A DNA stretch of 64,000 nt. It comes from a bacterium (GTDB lineage Bacteria > Zhuqueibacterota > Zhuqueibacteria > Residuimicrobiales > Krinioviventaceae). The position numbers and the translations under genes were made by a program. The stretch lies in assembly GCA_963693055.1 (NCBI GenBank), contig OY843751.1, forward strand, positions 2,560,001-2,624,000, written 5' to 3'. Position 1 is the first letter of the stretch; the number at the start of each line of letters is the position of its first letter. Shown piece by piece: positions 18,459-29,219 of the stretch. The notes below the pieces were generated by a model. The model ran no database searches. It saw only the letters and a list, made by a program, of their open reading frames with translations, and had not been told where the DNA came from.

Positions 18459-21400
18459 ATGAAAAAGCTATTTGCAGCAGTCGTATGTCTGTTACTGATT
18501 TTCACATCCATCCTTGCGCAAAAACCACCACTGAATGTTGACAGTCTTAAGATCGGTGAAAAGAACGTCACCGGTTTTTTTGACGCATTGGATGAAGAAA
18601 ACAATCTCACATCTGTTGGAGTAGGAGATACATCTATATCAAGGGGCAAACTCAAGGACAGCGCAGTCGATTCCAGTAAATTGGATACAGACGCAGTCAT
18701 TACCGACAAGATCAAAGATGACGCCATCAGTAGTGATAAGATCAAAAAAGACGCCATTTCCAACAACCATATCCAGGACCATGCAGTTGATTCCAGCAAG
18801 ATCGCAAACAAGGCGGTCAATAGTGATAAAATAGATGATGATGCCGTAACCGCGAACCAGATCGCGGCACTGGCCATTCAAACCGCGCATCTGGGTCCGG
18901 GAATTGTGGTCAATACCAAACTGGCTGATGGCGCGGTATTTGGGGACAAAATCGCGAATTACGGTATCACCAGCCTGAAAATGGCCAATGCTTCCGTGTA
19001 TGAACGGGCCATTGTGGACGAAGCCGTGACTACCGATAAAGTCAAGGATGGTACCCTGACCGAACAGGACCTGTCCCCGGAACTGCTTGCAACCCTGAGC
19101 CTGAAAAGCCGGTTGACACTCAATCCGGATGATCTCACCCTGGAATTATACATCACAGACCCGGACACCTTTTTTCGGGTGAAAGAACTGGGGATATTGA
19201 CCTCACACCTGGCTGACGGAACGGTCACCTCTGCCAAGATCGCGGACGGTACCATTACCGAACAGGACATCGGCAACCGGCAGGTGACCGAAGACAAACT
19301 CGATGACTGGTCCGTCTCCACTGTAAAAATGAGAGACCGGGCCGTTACCACCGTCAAGATCGATACTGGCGCTGTTACCAATCCCATCATAGCCCATGAA
19401 GCGGTTACCACGGACAAAATATCCGATTTACAGGTTACTACTAAAAAGATTGCAGATGAAGCGGTCACGGTTGACAAACTGGATGAAGACGCGGTTACCA
19501 CTCCCAAGATCAAAGACCGTAACGTCACCGAAGCCAAACTGGCTGACGGAGCGGTCAATTCAAGAGGGATCGAGGACAGCAGTATAACCCGTCAGGACAT
19601 TGATTATATCATTAACAACATGCTTGACCGTGCGGTAATTGGGAACTATCTGCCAGACGATATTACCCTGGAACTGACGGTAATTGATAATGATACCCTC
19701 TGGCAGGTCAAAGATGCCGGTATAACCGCCGGTAAACTGGGTTCCGGGGCAGTAATGAATGAAAAACTTGCTAATGATGCGGTAAGCACAGAAAAGATAC
19801 TGAATTACACCATTCATCTCGCGGATTTACACCCGGAAGTTCTTGCAGGTTTTCTGACTGCCGATTCCATTTATAACCTGGGCAGTAATATCCTTTTCAT
19901 TGAACCGCATGACGATATCCAGGCTGTTATCGATACCATGACAAACCGGTCCGCGTCAAACTGGTACACATTGCTGTTGTCACCCGGTAGACATACCCTA
20001 ACCCAAACCCTTGATCTTTATCCATATATTACCCTGATGGGACTGGGAGACCCGGATGATACAGAGATCTATGCGAACATGGATTCATCCCTGGTTGAAG
20101 CCGATTCCGGACTGGTTACCATCAAGAATATGACCTTTCGCAATGATGCCGTATTAACCACCGGTGGTTTGTCCTGGGGACCGAAAAGTCCGGTACGTAT
20201 CAATATTTCTTCCAGTCTGAATACCATCCCCAGACCGGTTACCTTGGAAAACCTGAATATCAATTATTATTGTAACAACGTCGGCGCGGACATTTCCGGG
20301 ATATATCTGAACGGTTATTTTGACAGCTATCCTGACTGGGGAACGATCATCAGAGACTGTTTTATACAAAGACTGAGCGCAGGTGTCGGCAATTATGGTA
20401 TACTGATCAGTGCCACCGGCGGCAGCAGCTCGATCAATTCACTGGCCAACAGCTTGATTATTGAGGATTGCAGAGTTTACAATTGTCATTATGGAATATC
20501 AATATCCAATGTGCAGCAGGAATTCGTTTATATCAAGGACTGTATCACCAATTTATGCAATATCAGTATCGGGGTGAGCTCTACATCCGCGGAAAACACC
20601 GGGGACAATGATTGTATTGTCAATATATTGGGTGGTTCGATTGTCAATGGTCCCAGTTATGATATTGAAGCCAACGGCAGCTCAAACTGTTATGCAACCG
20701 TTAATGTCAAAGGCGTACGTAATAATCCGGCCAACGTCTATGACGGTACCTATGCGGTTATAAACAACCTCGACAATCCCGAAGGAGGGGTAACAACTGT
20801 CAGTATCCTGGACAACACCATTGCAATGAATGATATCTCACTGCCAGTACAGGAAGAAATTCGGGATTCCTCCCGTGTAACCTTCCAGGCAGACACATTC
20901 AAAGTCGCAAGTGATACGGTCAAAGTCTATGCGGATGCCGACGGCAACCTGGTGCTGTATGACAAACTGAAAGGGGAAAGAACATTGACCGAACTGACAG
21001 AAGCGTCCAGCGGCGCCGGTCTTACCGGTAATGTCATGTAACTGGAACCTGCTGACGATATCGAAGATTCGCTTGAAGCGTTGGCCGCCACCGCATCGTC
21101 ACCCTGGACCATTTTGATGGCGCCCGGGAAATATACCTTGTCCGGTGATATTACCATCCCGTGCGGAAACTTTTCCATAATTGGATTGGGAGAACATCCG
21201 TCCCAGACCGAAATTTATTACAATGCTAATGATAATATCCTCTCTGCAGGCGGAAACAACTGGGGACTGTATAACCTGAAACTGCACCGGAACCCCACAT
21301 CCAGCAATACGTCTTATATGATCTATGCAACCTATTCAGACGCAGCGAACCCTGGACAGTTCCGGATCGAAAACTGTGTTATAGACGATTCCACATCCGG

Positions 21401-22277
21401 AGGAGGGGCAATACTAATCCAGAACAAACAGGCCGTCAATTCCGTGGTCCGTAATTGCGAGTTTTACCAGCGTTATGGGACAAGGGCCAATGGAGAAGCG
21501 ATATCTGCGGAATGGGCGGCCGGTGCGGTTTAATTTCCCGGGTCAGATTATTCTTTTGTTGTTTATGGCTGCAAGTTTGACAACTGGGATTATGCCATTA
21601 ATCATAACGGTTCAGTGCTGCATAGTTACTATGAAAACAATGTGTTCAGTTTTTGTGATTATGGTTTGTATCTTTACGCCAGAAGTTCATCAAATGCCAC
21701 CAATTTTCATCTTGAAAGCAATACCTTTATGGGCTGTGATGATGATGTCTATTATAACAACAGCAGTACAAACATTCTAAACGTTTGGGACAATCAATCA
21801 GAAGGAAAGAGAAACCGGTCTTTTGCGTCTGGTGACAATTTCAATGTGTTATACCAGCATGCCTATGTCAACTTTTATCTCAACTATGGTACCGACACCA
21901 TTACACCATCCCTGACACAGAATACCTGGGCACGCATTGCGGGACATTCTGGCAGTTATAATTATGGTGGATATGTGGAAGGGGATTCGTGTAAGATCGA
22001 CGCTGATGGATTTTACAAACTGGATGCTACTTTTACCTTTACCGGTACGGCATCTGATGTTTATGAATTTGCACCCATGGTAAGCGGTTCGTTGAATATG
22101 AACTGTGCCGTATCCTGTGCAACAAGCGGGACCGATAAAGTCACTGTATCTATGAATGGAATCCTTATTATAGGTGCTGATCAGTGGGTGAGTATGTGGG
22201 TACGGAATACCGGAGACGGTGACAGTCCAACCATTTTACAATCAAACTGGTTATTGACCAAAATACGGGATAATTAA
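18459..22277 (+). pseudogene. Repeat-rich tail fibre/spike-like protein with N-terminal signal peptide, broken by two in-frame TAA
   Basis: 10-aa AVTTDKIAD-like repeats followed by beta-helix-like domains. ORFs 18459, 21081 and 21615 share one frame, separated by TAA at 21039 and 21531. Confidence 0.75.
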
Positions 22278-22452
22278 ACAGGACAGAAAGGAACCCACCC
22301 AAACCCAACACCTGTCCTACCGGCTCCTGTCCATGGCAGGGGCTATTTAAAATAAAAATAAATTTTTTGAATGTGAATTTTCTATGGGCTTATTTTGGGC
22401 TTTTTGGTGTTATATTGTGCTATATTTTGGTGTTTTAGGGGTATTTTAGCAA

Positions 22453-22482
22453 CAAAAAAGCCCCTGAATTTTCAGGGGCTAG
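22453..22482 (-). terminator. Intrinsic terminator-like hairpin downstream of the tRNA
   Basis: AGCCCCTGAA-TT-TTCAGGGGCT preceded by an A-tract on plus (T-tract on minus). Confidence 0.7.
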
Positions 22483-22508
22483 TTCTTGTTTTTTAAGGCT
22501 TTAAGTAG

Positions 22509-22582
<74 letters not shown>

Positions 22583-22594
22583 TCATAGTTAAAT

Positions 22595-22623
22595 AATATA
22601 GTAAATTAGATTACAAGAGTCAA
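22595..22623 (-). promoter_or_regulatory. sigma70 promoter of the tRNA
   Basis: TTGACT-N17-TATATT on minus, just upstream of the tRNA. Confidence 0.6.
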
Positions 22624-22636
22624 GCTATTTATTAAA

Positions 22637-22668
22637 TAAAAAAAGCCCTGCAAGTAGTTACAGGGCTT
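22637..22668 (-). terminator. Intrinsic terminator after the oxidoreductase gene
   Basis: AAGCCCTG...CAGGGCTT stem with a T-tract on minus. Confidence 0.7.
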
Positions 22669-22676
22669 AAATTTTA

Positions 22677-24002
22677 TTATTTTTTGTCAGATCCCGGAGT
22701 TGGCCATTTTTCCAACATACCAATATCACCTAGTTTATATTCTTTGGGTCCCAATGTGAGATCAGAATTCATTGCTTCTTCCCAGGTAACCAGTTTACCT
22801 GTATATGCTGACATTCTTCCCATAATAGCACACATTGTAGAAATTGCTGTCAATTCTGCTTCAACAAGAGGGGTATTGTTACGAATTGATGTAACAAAAT
22901 CAATATGCTCCTGAATATATGGAGATACCGCTACATTGTTTGTAGGTTCACCATTTTCATCTGTTGGGTAGCCATATTTCCAGGCTTCTTCACCATCCGG
23001 TGTCCAAATTGTATCTTTGCAATTTGAAGAACCTTTTGAACCCATAATAAATTCTGATACATTGTTTTCACATCCATTAATCTGACGACACATGCTATGA
23101 ACATGCATTCCGCTTTCATATACAAAGTCTACACTAAACATGTCATATTGATCACCAGTAACACGACGATGACGAGCGCCAAAGCCAACTGCGCTAACTG
23201 GTTTTTCACCTGTAAACCAGTTGATTACATCAATATTATGTACATGTTGTTCAACAATATGATCTCCAGAGAGCCAGCACCAGTTTACCCAATCGCGAAT
23301 ATTGTGTTCCATTTCGGTCCAACCACTTTTGCGAGTACGATACCACAATTGTCCCTGATTCCAGTAGCAGTTTGCAGAAACTATATCACCAATTGCTCCT
23401 TTTTTAATCAGATCGTAAGTGGTTACATAATTTCGTTGGTGGTGTCTCTGAGTACCTGTTACAACGCAAAGGCCCAGACTTGCTGCTTTTTTTGCATTAC
23501 TCATAATTGAGCGGGCACCCGGAGGATCTACAGCAACAGGTTTTTCCATGAATACATGTTTTTTTGCATTTACTGCGGCAGCAAATTGTGACGGACGAAA
23601 GTGTGGGGGAGTAGCGATTAATACAATATCTACACCTGAATCAATCACTTTTTCATAAGCATCAAAGCCAACAAAACATTTTTCATCTGCAACAACATTA
23701 TTTTTTTCTTTTGCCAATTTTTCCTTGCAGGTTTGGAGTCTGTCATTAAAAACATCACCCAGTGCTACAATTTTTAAATTGGGTCCTGCACTTAGAAAAT
23801 TCAATGCAGCACCGGTACCTCGACCACCACATCCAATTAAACCTGCTTTTAATTCTTTACCATCGGGTGCCTGATCAAGAAAAGTGGGAAGGTTTGAAGT
23901 ATTGATTTTGCCACCACTATTACACGCCATCATTACAGCGCCGGCAGCTGCAACTGTACCAATAAAATTACGACGTGATACATTACTTTTTTCTTGTTGC
24001 AT
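22677..24002 (-). CDS. Tat-exported Gfo/Idh/MocA oxidoreductase
   Basis: SRRNFI Tat motif, GLIGCGGRG, HVFMEKP, GDHIVEQHVH. Confidence 0.92.
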   Translation of the reverse strand: MQQEKSNVSRRNFIGTVAAAGAVMMACNSGGKINTSNLPTFLDQAPDGKELKAGLIGCGGRGTGAALNFLSAGPNLKIVALGDVFNDRLQTCKEKLAKEKNNVVADEKCFVGFDAYEKVIDSGVDIVLIATPPHFRPSQFAAAVNAKKHVFMEKPVAVDPPGARSIMSNAKKAASLGLCVVTGTQRHHQRNYVTTYDLIKKGAIGDIVSANCYWNQGQLWYRTRKSGWTEMEHNIRDWVNWCWLSGDHIVEQHVHNIDVINWFTGEKPVSAVGFGARHRRVTGDQYDMFSVDFVYESGMHVHSMCRQINGCENNVSEFIMGSKGSSNCKDTIWTPDGEEAWKYGYPTDENGEPTNNVAVSPYIQEHIDFVTSIRNNTPLVEAELTAISTMCAIMGRMSAYTGKLVTWEEAMNSDLTLGPKEYKLGDIGMLEKWPTPGSDKK

Positions 24003-24028
24003 GGTCCTACTCCTCCGAATTAATTATG

Positions 24029-25639
24029 TTATAAATTTTCATCATTCACTTCACAAACTACGCGAAAACCCACATCATTACTATCAGAATACCACCATTT
24101 GCTTTTTGGCATTTGTGGGTCTGTCTTCATCCATTTATCATATTGTGTAAAATCTCTGTCAGCACTTCGCAATTGTGATGCATCATTCTTGAATGATCCA
24201 CCACGAACTACAAATTCTTTACCAGATTCTGGTCCTGTAGGATTTGATATATTCCCTTGCTTTTTATAAGTAGAATATATATTGGGTGCATAATAGTCAC
24301 TACAAAATTCTCTAACATTACCCAACATATGAACCAGACCAAATGGATTATTGATAACAGCATCTGGTGTTTGTGTTATGCCATTGCTGTTTTCTTTATA
24401 TACAACATATGTATTAATAAGCGTTGTGTCAACACCAAAGATTCTGTTCCAGAAATTTTCACTGGAATATGACTTGGGATCACCACCCCAAAAGTAGGGT
24501 GTTTCTGAAAATCCTCTACAAGCATATTCCCATTCGGCTTCGGTAGGAAGACGATAGGTTTTGCCAGTTACTTCAGATAACCACTGACAATATACTTCAG
24601 CTGCGTAATGTGTCATTGTAATGGCTGGTCGTTTACCTTTTCCAAAACCTTGATCAGGATTTCCATAGGGGGGAGTGGGGCCCGTAATAGCATCTAGTCC
24701 ATCGCTTGAGGCTTTTACCACTTGAATTTGTGTGTCAGATCTTCCTTCTTTATTGGTTTGAGCATAAAATGCTTCATATTCGTCCCAGCTTACTTCGGCT
24801 TTACCTATCCAGAATTTTTTCATCTGTATTTCTACCCGCGGCCCTTCATCATTTTCTCGATAGGCTTCATTTTCAGGGCTGCCCATAATAAAGCTACCTT
24901 CTGGAATTGCAATCATTTCAAAATCTACAGTTGTATTGGGTATTTGTTCTGTAAAACTCCCGAATTCGTATACATATGTTGGTTTAGTGTAAACTTGTTT
25001 TTTTTCAACAGTAGCGGCACCAAAAGTAATTTCCTGTTCTGCTTCTTCCGAATAATGTCCTACATGTAAATGGCAATTGATACATTCCAGCTCTTCAGGT
25101 TTTTGAGTGTAATACAAGTGTGCATCTTCACCTTTTTTAGATAGGCCAATTGGAAACAAATTGGCATGACAAGAAGTACAAGACTCTTTAAAAGTAAAAT
25201 TGACCGCATGTTCCAGGCGCGATTTTTCATCCCAGTTGATTTTTTCTATGTCTTTGAACAATTTACCATAAAAATCCTTAAAACCAGATTTTGCTTTTTC
25301 AGTATAATAATATGCATTACCTGCAGGGGGTAGGTGACATTCAACACAATGTACAACAATTCCGTACTTGTTGTCGAAATGTGGTGATTGTTTCCAGGAA
25401 ATTGTAGAATGTGGGTGAACGTGACAGCTTGCACAAAAATCATCTGATGATGTATATTTTATCATTACATTAAACATTATGGTAATAACAATACCTATAA
25501 TAATACCAATTGGCCATTTTTTGATTAAAATAAATTTAAACAAAGAATATATTGCTTTTAACGATTTCCATAGTAGTTGGAAGGATTTTTTTAACATTCT
25601 GATGATTCCTGTGTAGTGTATGTAATCTTTTACAAGCAA
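24029..25639 (-). CDS. NapC/NirT tetrahaem cytochrome fused to an FGE-sulfatase (SUMF1) domain
   Basis: TM helix, CASCH, CVECH, CTSCH, CINCH; then FIMGSP, YRLPTEAEWEYACRG, MLGNVRE, GFRVV. Start codon uncertain. Confidence 0.88.
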   Translation of the reverse strand: MLVKDYIHYTGIIRMLKKSFQLLWKSLKAIYSLFKFILIKKWPIGIIIGIVITIMFNVMIKYTSSDDFCASCHVHPHSTISWKQSPHFDNKYGIVVHCVECHLPPAGNAYYYTEKAKSGFKDFYGKLFKDIEKINWDEKSRLEHAVNFTFKESCTSCHANLFPIGLSKKGEDAHLYYTQKPEELECINCHLHVGHYSEEAEQEITFGAATVEKKQVYTKPTYVYEFGSFTEQIPNTTVDFEMIAIPEGSFIMGSPENEAYRENDEGPRVEIQMKKFWIGKAEVSWDEYEAFYAQTNKEGRSDTQIQVVKASSDGLDAITGPTPPYGNPDQGFGKGKRPAITMTHYAAEVYCQWLSEVTGKTYRLPTEAEWEYACRGFSETPYFWGGDPKSYSSENFWNRIFGVDTTLINTYVVYKENSNGITQTPDAVINNPFGLVHMLGNVREFCSDYYAPNIYSTYKKQGNISNPTGPESGKEFVVRGGSFKNDASQLRSADRDFTQYDKWMKTDPQMPKSKWWYSDSNDVGFRVVCEVNDENL

Positions 25640-25821
25640 TTTTTTGTGGATTAGAGGATATACTTAAATATATTACTTTTCAGGATTTTATGCAAGGTAA
25701 TTTCAGCGATTTATCGTAAATATCAATCGTGATTTCATTTTGTTAATACCATCTTTTTTCTTGATTTTAAACTATATAGAACTTAATTTAATAAATCATT
25801 TACAACAATGAGGAAGTTATA

Positions 25822-26526
25822 ATGCAAAGCAGAGCCCGTATGCCCCAAAAACAATTAAAGAAACCCTCAAAAAAGTTTTCTTTGATTCCTTTTTTAATAT
25901 TATTTGTTGTACTTTTGGTTATTATTTTGGTATACTGGCATTTTAAAGCCCGAAGTTCAAATTTAGATTCTTTTACAGTTGTTGAGCAAAACACAAGTAA
26001 CATAACTTATGAAGAACAAGAAAATCTACAAGCAATGCAGGATTCTGTTATTGAAACGCCTGTAGAAGAGCCCCTTGTTACGGAAACTGAGCTTGTAGCA
26101 GAACCAGAGCAAGATATTAAAGAGACACCTGAAATTCAACAATCGAATGAGTATACCGCCAACTTTTCAGATAAATATGATAGTGCGTTAAAATTGTTTT
26201 ATGCTACCAAATACCAGCAAGCTATGGATATATTTTTGGAGTTAAAGTCTCAATATCCTGAACATTCATTTCAGGTGAATTGTCAACATTGGATTGGTGA
26301 ATGTTATTTTGGGTTAGAAAATTATACCAATGCCCTGGCTGCATTTCAAAAGGTTTTAACTTTTGGGAAAACATATAAAACTGATGATGCGTTGCTTATG
26401 ATTGGGCGCAGTTATCAAAAAATGGGTGATAAAATTAACGCACGTTTGTATTATAATCGCCTACTTAATGAATATCCAAATAGTGAGTATCTTGATAAAG
26501 CCCAATGGCACATGTCCCGTCTTTAA
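25822..26526 (+). CDS. Membrane-anchored TPR protein (CpoB/YbgF-like)
   Basis: N-terminal TM and TPR repeats (HWIGECYF, DDALLMIG, YPNSEY). Confidence 0.75.
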   Translation: MQSRARMPQKQLKKPSKKFSLIPFLILFVVLLVIILVYWHFKARSSNLDSFTVVEQNTSNITYEEQENLQAMQDSVIETPVEEPLVTETELVAEPEQDIKETPEIQQSNEYTANFSDKYDSALKLFYATKYQQAMDIFLELKSQYPEHSFQVNCQHWIGECYFGLENYTNALAAFQKVLTFGKTYKTDDALLMIGRSYQKMGDKINARLYYNRLLNEYPNSEYLDKAQWHMSRL

Positions 26527-29165
26527 CGGGCATCAAGAGCTTGTCTGATAATTTGTGCAATACTACTCATAGTTAGAGGTTTAAAGACAAATTCTGTAAT
26601 ACCCAACTCTTTAGCTTTTTCCATAGTAATGTTTTCACTGTATCCCGTACAGAGAATGACCGGAATTCCTGGCTTTATTTGACTTACTTCTTGGGCTAGT
26701 TTTACTCCATTCATTTTAGGCATTGTAAAATCTGTAAAAACAAGATCATAACTTTCAGGATCAGCTTTGAAAAATTCAAGAGCTTCAAGACTGTCAGTTG
26801 TGACAGTTGCATTATAACCCAATTGTTCAAGAATTTGTTTGTTTAGCTCTACAATTTCAACTTCATCATCCACAAACAGGATTCTTTCACTTCCTACAGG
26901 TAAATCTTTACTTTGTTCTTTAATTTCTTCTGAATCAATATGAACAGGAAAGTAGATGTTGAATGTCGTACCATGTCCTGGTGAACTTTCTACATTAATT
27001 TCACCATCATGACTAATAATAATACCGTGTACAACTGATAAACCCAAACCAGTACCTTCTTCGTTTTTAGTCGTAAAGAATGGTTCAAAAATTCGATCAA
27101 GTGTAGAAGCTTCCATACCCTCACCTGTATCTTGTACAACCAGTTTCGCATAATGTCCTGATGGTAATTTAAAATTGGGAGAAGATTGGTCCATTTCTAC
27201 CACATTCAATGAGATTATTAGCGTACCTCCACTTTCACGCATTGCATGAAAAGCATTAACACTCAGATTCATGATGACCTGGTGAATTTGTGTGGGATCC
27301 GCTAATACTGGTTTACAATTACTATCTATTCTCTGGTCAATTTCAATACTGCTGGGAATTGATGCACGTAAAAGTTTTAATACTTCTTTGATTATTGTTT
27401 GAATATAAATGGGACGTCTTTCTTGTTCAACTCTGCGACTAAATGTTAAAATTTGATTTATCAAGTCTTTGGCACGATACCCGGCTTTTATAATATGTTC
27501 AACGTATTTCTTCAAGTTGCTGTCTTCCGGAACTCGTTCTACTAACAATTCAGAATAGCCCAGAATGGGTACCAGAATATTGTTAAAATCATGCGCAATA
27601 CCACCAGCCAAAGTTCCTATAGTTTCTAATTTTTGTGTTTGTCGAAGTTGTTTTTCGAGTTTCTTTTCATCAGAAACATCTCTTACAACATTTACAAAAT
27701 GAAGGAGGTTACCATTTTTATCAGTTATTGGAGAAAAAGTAGATTCTCCTTCAAAGAGCTCGTTGTTCTTTTTCTTGTAATATAGTATACCACTCCACTT
27801 GTTGCCTTCTTTGATTGTCGTCCATATTTTATCAATTTTATTATTATTTTCTTTAATACTTAGAAAATCAAATGAAGAATTACCTAATGCCAGTTTCTGT
27901 TCAAAGCCAGTAATCTTTTCAAAAGCGGGATTAACATATTTTACAATATTATTTTGATCTGCAATCATTACAATTTCAATTGAATGATTGATTGCTTCTG
28001 CCAACAGTTCAAGTTCTGCCTCTGATTCTTTTTTCTTGGTGATATCGGTGATAAGCACCAGAACATTTGTAATTTTGTCATCATCACTTTTGACAGGATA
28101 AATTCTTGTTTCAAACCAATAAAGCATGTTTTGTATTTCAACAGGTGTTTCATGAAAGATTTCTTTTTTCGTATCTATGACTTGATGGATCATTTCAAGA
28201 TATTGCAGAGCGATCTTTTCAGGAATAATGTCGAGAATAGATTTTCCAATGATATCGTATTGATCCATTTGTATTTGTTTTGCTGCATTCTGATTTATTA
28301 AATTTATTGTACCTTTGTAATCAATCATGCAAATGGGTTGCCCCGAACCTTCGATTAAGGTCCTATATCGTTCTTCACTAATACGTAGAGCATTTTCAAT
28401 CTTTTTTTGTTCTGATATATCGTTGGTTATAATTCCCATGCCATTTGATACTTTGAAAGCTTTTAACGATATATATTGGTCTTCTGAATTGGATCTTTTA
28501 AACTTGACTTCCGATTGGTAGGGTTCTCCGGTCTCAATTACTTTTTTATATTGCTCAAATCTTCCTGATTCAATAATACCCTTTGATATTTCAGTGATAT
28601 GTTTACCAATTATATTTTCTATATTCGGGCTGTAAAATTTATGAGCAGTATCATTATAACTTTTCAGGTTCATATTGTTGTCAAAAAACGAGAAACCTGC
28701 TCCTGCTGAATCCATAAAACCTTTGAAAATTTCTTCAAATTCTTTCAGGTCTTTTTCAGCTTCAATCTTTTTCATTAATTCTGATTTTTCATTCAATGCA
28801 CGCACCACGACAGGAACAAGGCGAAATAAGCGATCTTTTACAACATAATCCCAGGCACCGGCTTTGATTGTTTCGGCGGCTGTTTCTTCATCAATTGCGC
28901 CTGTTACGACAATGAATGGTGTAAGAGGTGCATATCTTTTAGCAATTTCCAGTGCTGCAAGACCGTTAAATTGGGGAAGGTGATAATCGGCTAGGATGAG
29001 ATCGGGTTTTTCATTAACAAGTTTTTCAGTAAAAGAATCTTCAGTATTTGATGTGAAAAACTCGCAGATCAGTTCAGAGTTCTTTAGTTCATGTTTTGTT
29101 AGTTCAATGTCATAAAGATTATCTTCAAGAATTAGAATTCTCAAAGTTCTATTTTCCATATTCAA
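26523..29165 (-). CDS. Hybrid histidine kinase REC-PAS(x3)-HisKA-HATPase-REC
   Basis: ILILEDN...DYHLP, PAS repeats, GGIAHDFNN, FTTK..GTGLGLS, C-terminal VDDE...DFTMP. Confidence 0.93.
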   Translation of the reverse strand: MNMENRTLRILILEDNLYDIELTKHELKNSELICEFFTSNTEDSFTEKLVNEKPDLILADYHLPQFNGLAALEIAKRYAPLTPFIVVTGAIDEETAAETIKAGAWDYVVKDRLFRLVPVVVRALNEKSELMKKIEAEKDLKEFEEIFKGFMDSAGAGFSFFDNNMNLKSYNDTAHKFYSPNIENIIGKHITEISKGIIESGRFEQYKKVIETGEPYQSEVKFKRSNSEDQYISLKAFKVSNGMGIITNDISEQKKIENALRISEERYRTLIEGSGQPICMIDYKGTINLINQNAAKQIQMDQYDIIGKSILDIIPEKIALQYLEMIHQVIDTKKEIFHETPVEIQNMLYWFETRIYPVKSDDDKITNVLVLITDITKKKESEAELELLAEAINHSIEIVMIADQNNIVKYVNPAFEKITGFEQKLALGNSSFDFLSIKENNNKIDKIWTTIKEGNKWSGILYYKKKNNELFEGESTFSPITDKNGNLLHFVNVVRDVSDEKKLEKQLRQTQKLETIGTLAGGIAHDFNNILVPILGYSELLVERVPEDSNLKKYVEHIIKAGYRAKDLINQILTFSRRVEQERRPIYIQTIIKEVLKLLRASIPSSIEIDQRIDSNCKPVLADPTQIHQVIMNLSVNAFHAMRESGGTLIISLNVVEMDQSSPNFKLPSGHYAKLVVQDTGEGMEASTLDRIFEPFFTTKNEEGTGLGLSVVHGIIISHDGEINVESSPGHGTTFNIYFPVHIDSEEIKEQSKDLPVGSERILFVDDEVEIVELNKQILEQLGYNATVTTDSLEALEFFKADPESYDLVFTDFTMPKMNGVKLAQEVSQIKPGIPVILCTGYSENITMEKAKELGITEFVFKPLTMSSIAQIIRQALDAR

Positions 29166-29219
29166 TTGATTACCCCTTTACTGATTTTTATTTATACTAC
29201 TTGAATTATTTTTACTCAT

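Larger units (their letters stand above)
5895..22277 (+). mobile_element. Decayed prophage virion/tail module (podovirus-like), interrupted by an integron cassette array
   Basis: Co-oriented, visibly GC-richer genes: adaptor-like, ejection-like, LPD38-like and repeat-rich fibre. Multiple stops, frameshifts and deletions; ends just before the tRNA-fMet 3' end. No integrase, capsid or terminase seen. Confidence 0.8.

Noticed and set aside
7941-21533. In-frame stops in phage genes as evidence of an alternative genetic code
   Set aside because: One TAG and two TAA occur along with frameshifts and deletions, and TAA is used as a normal stop nearby. Decay is the simpler explanation.
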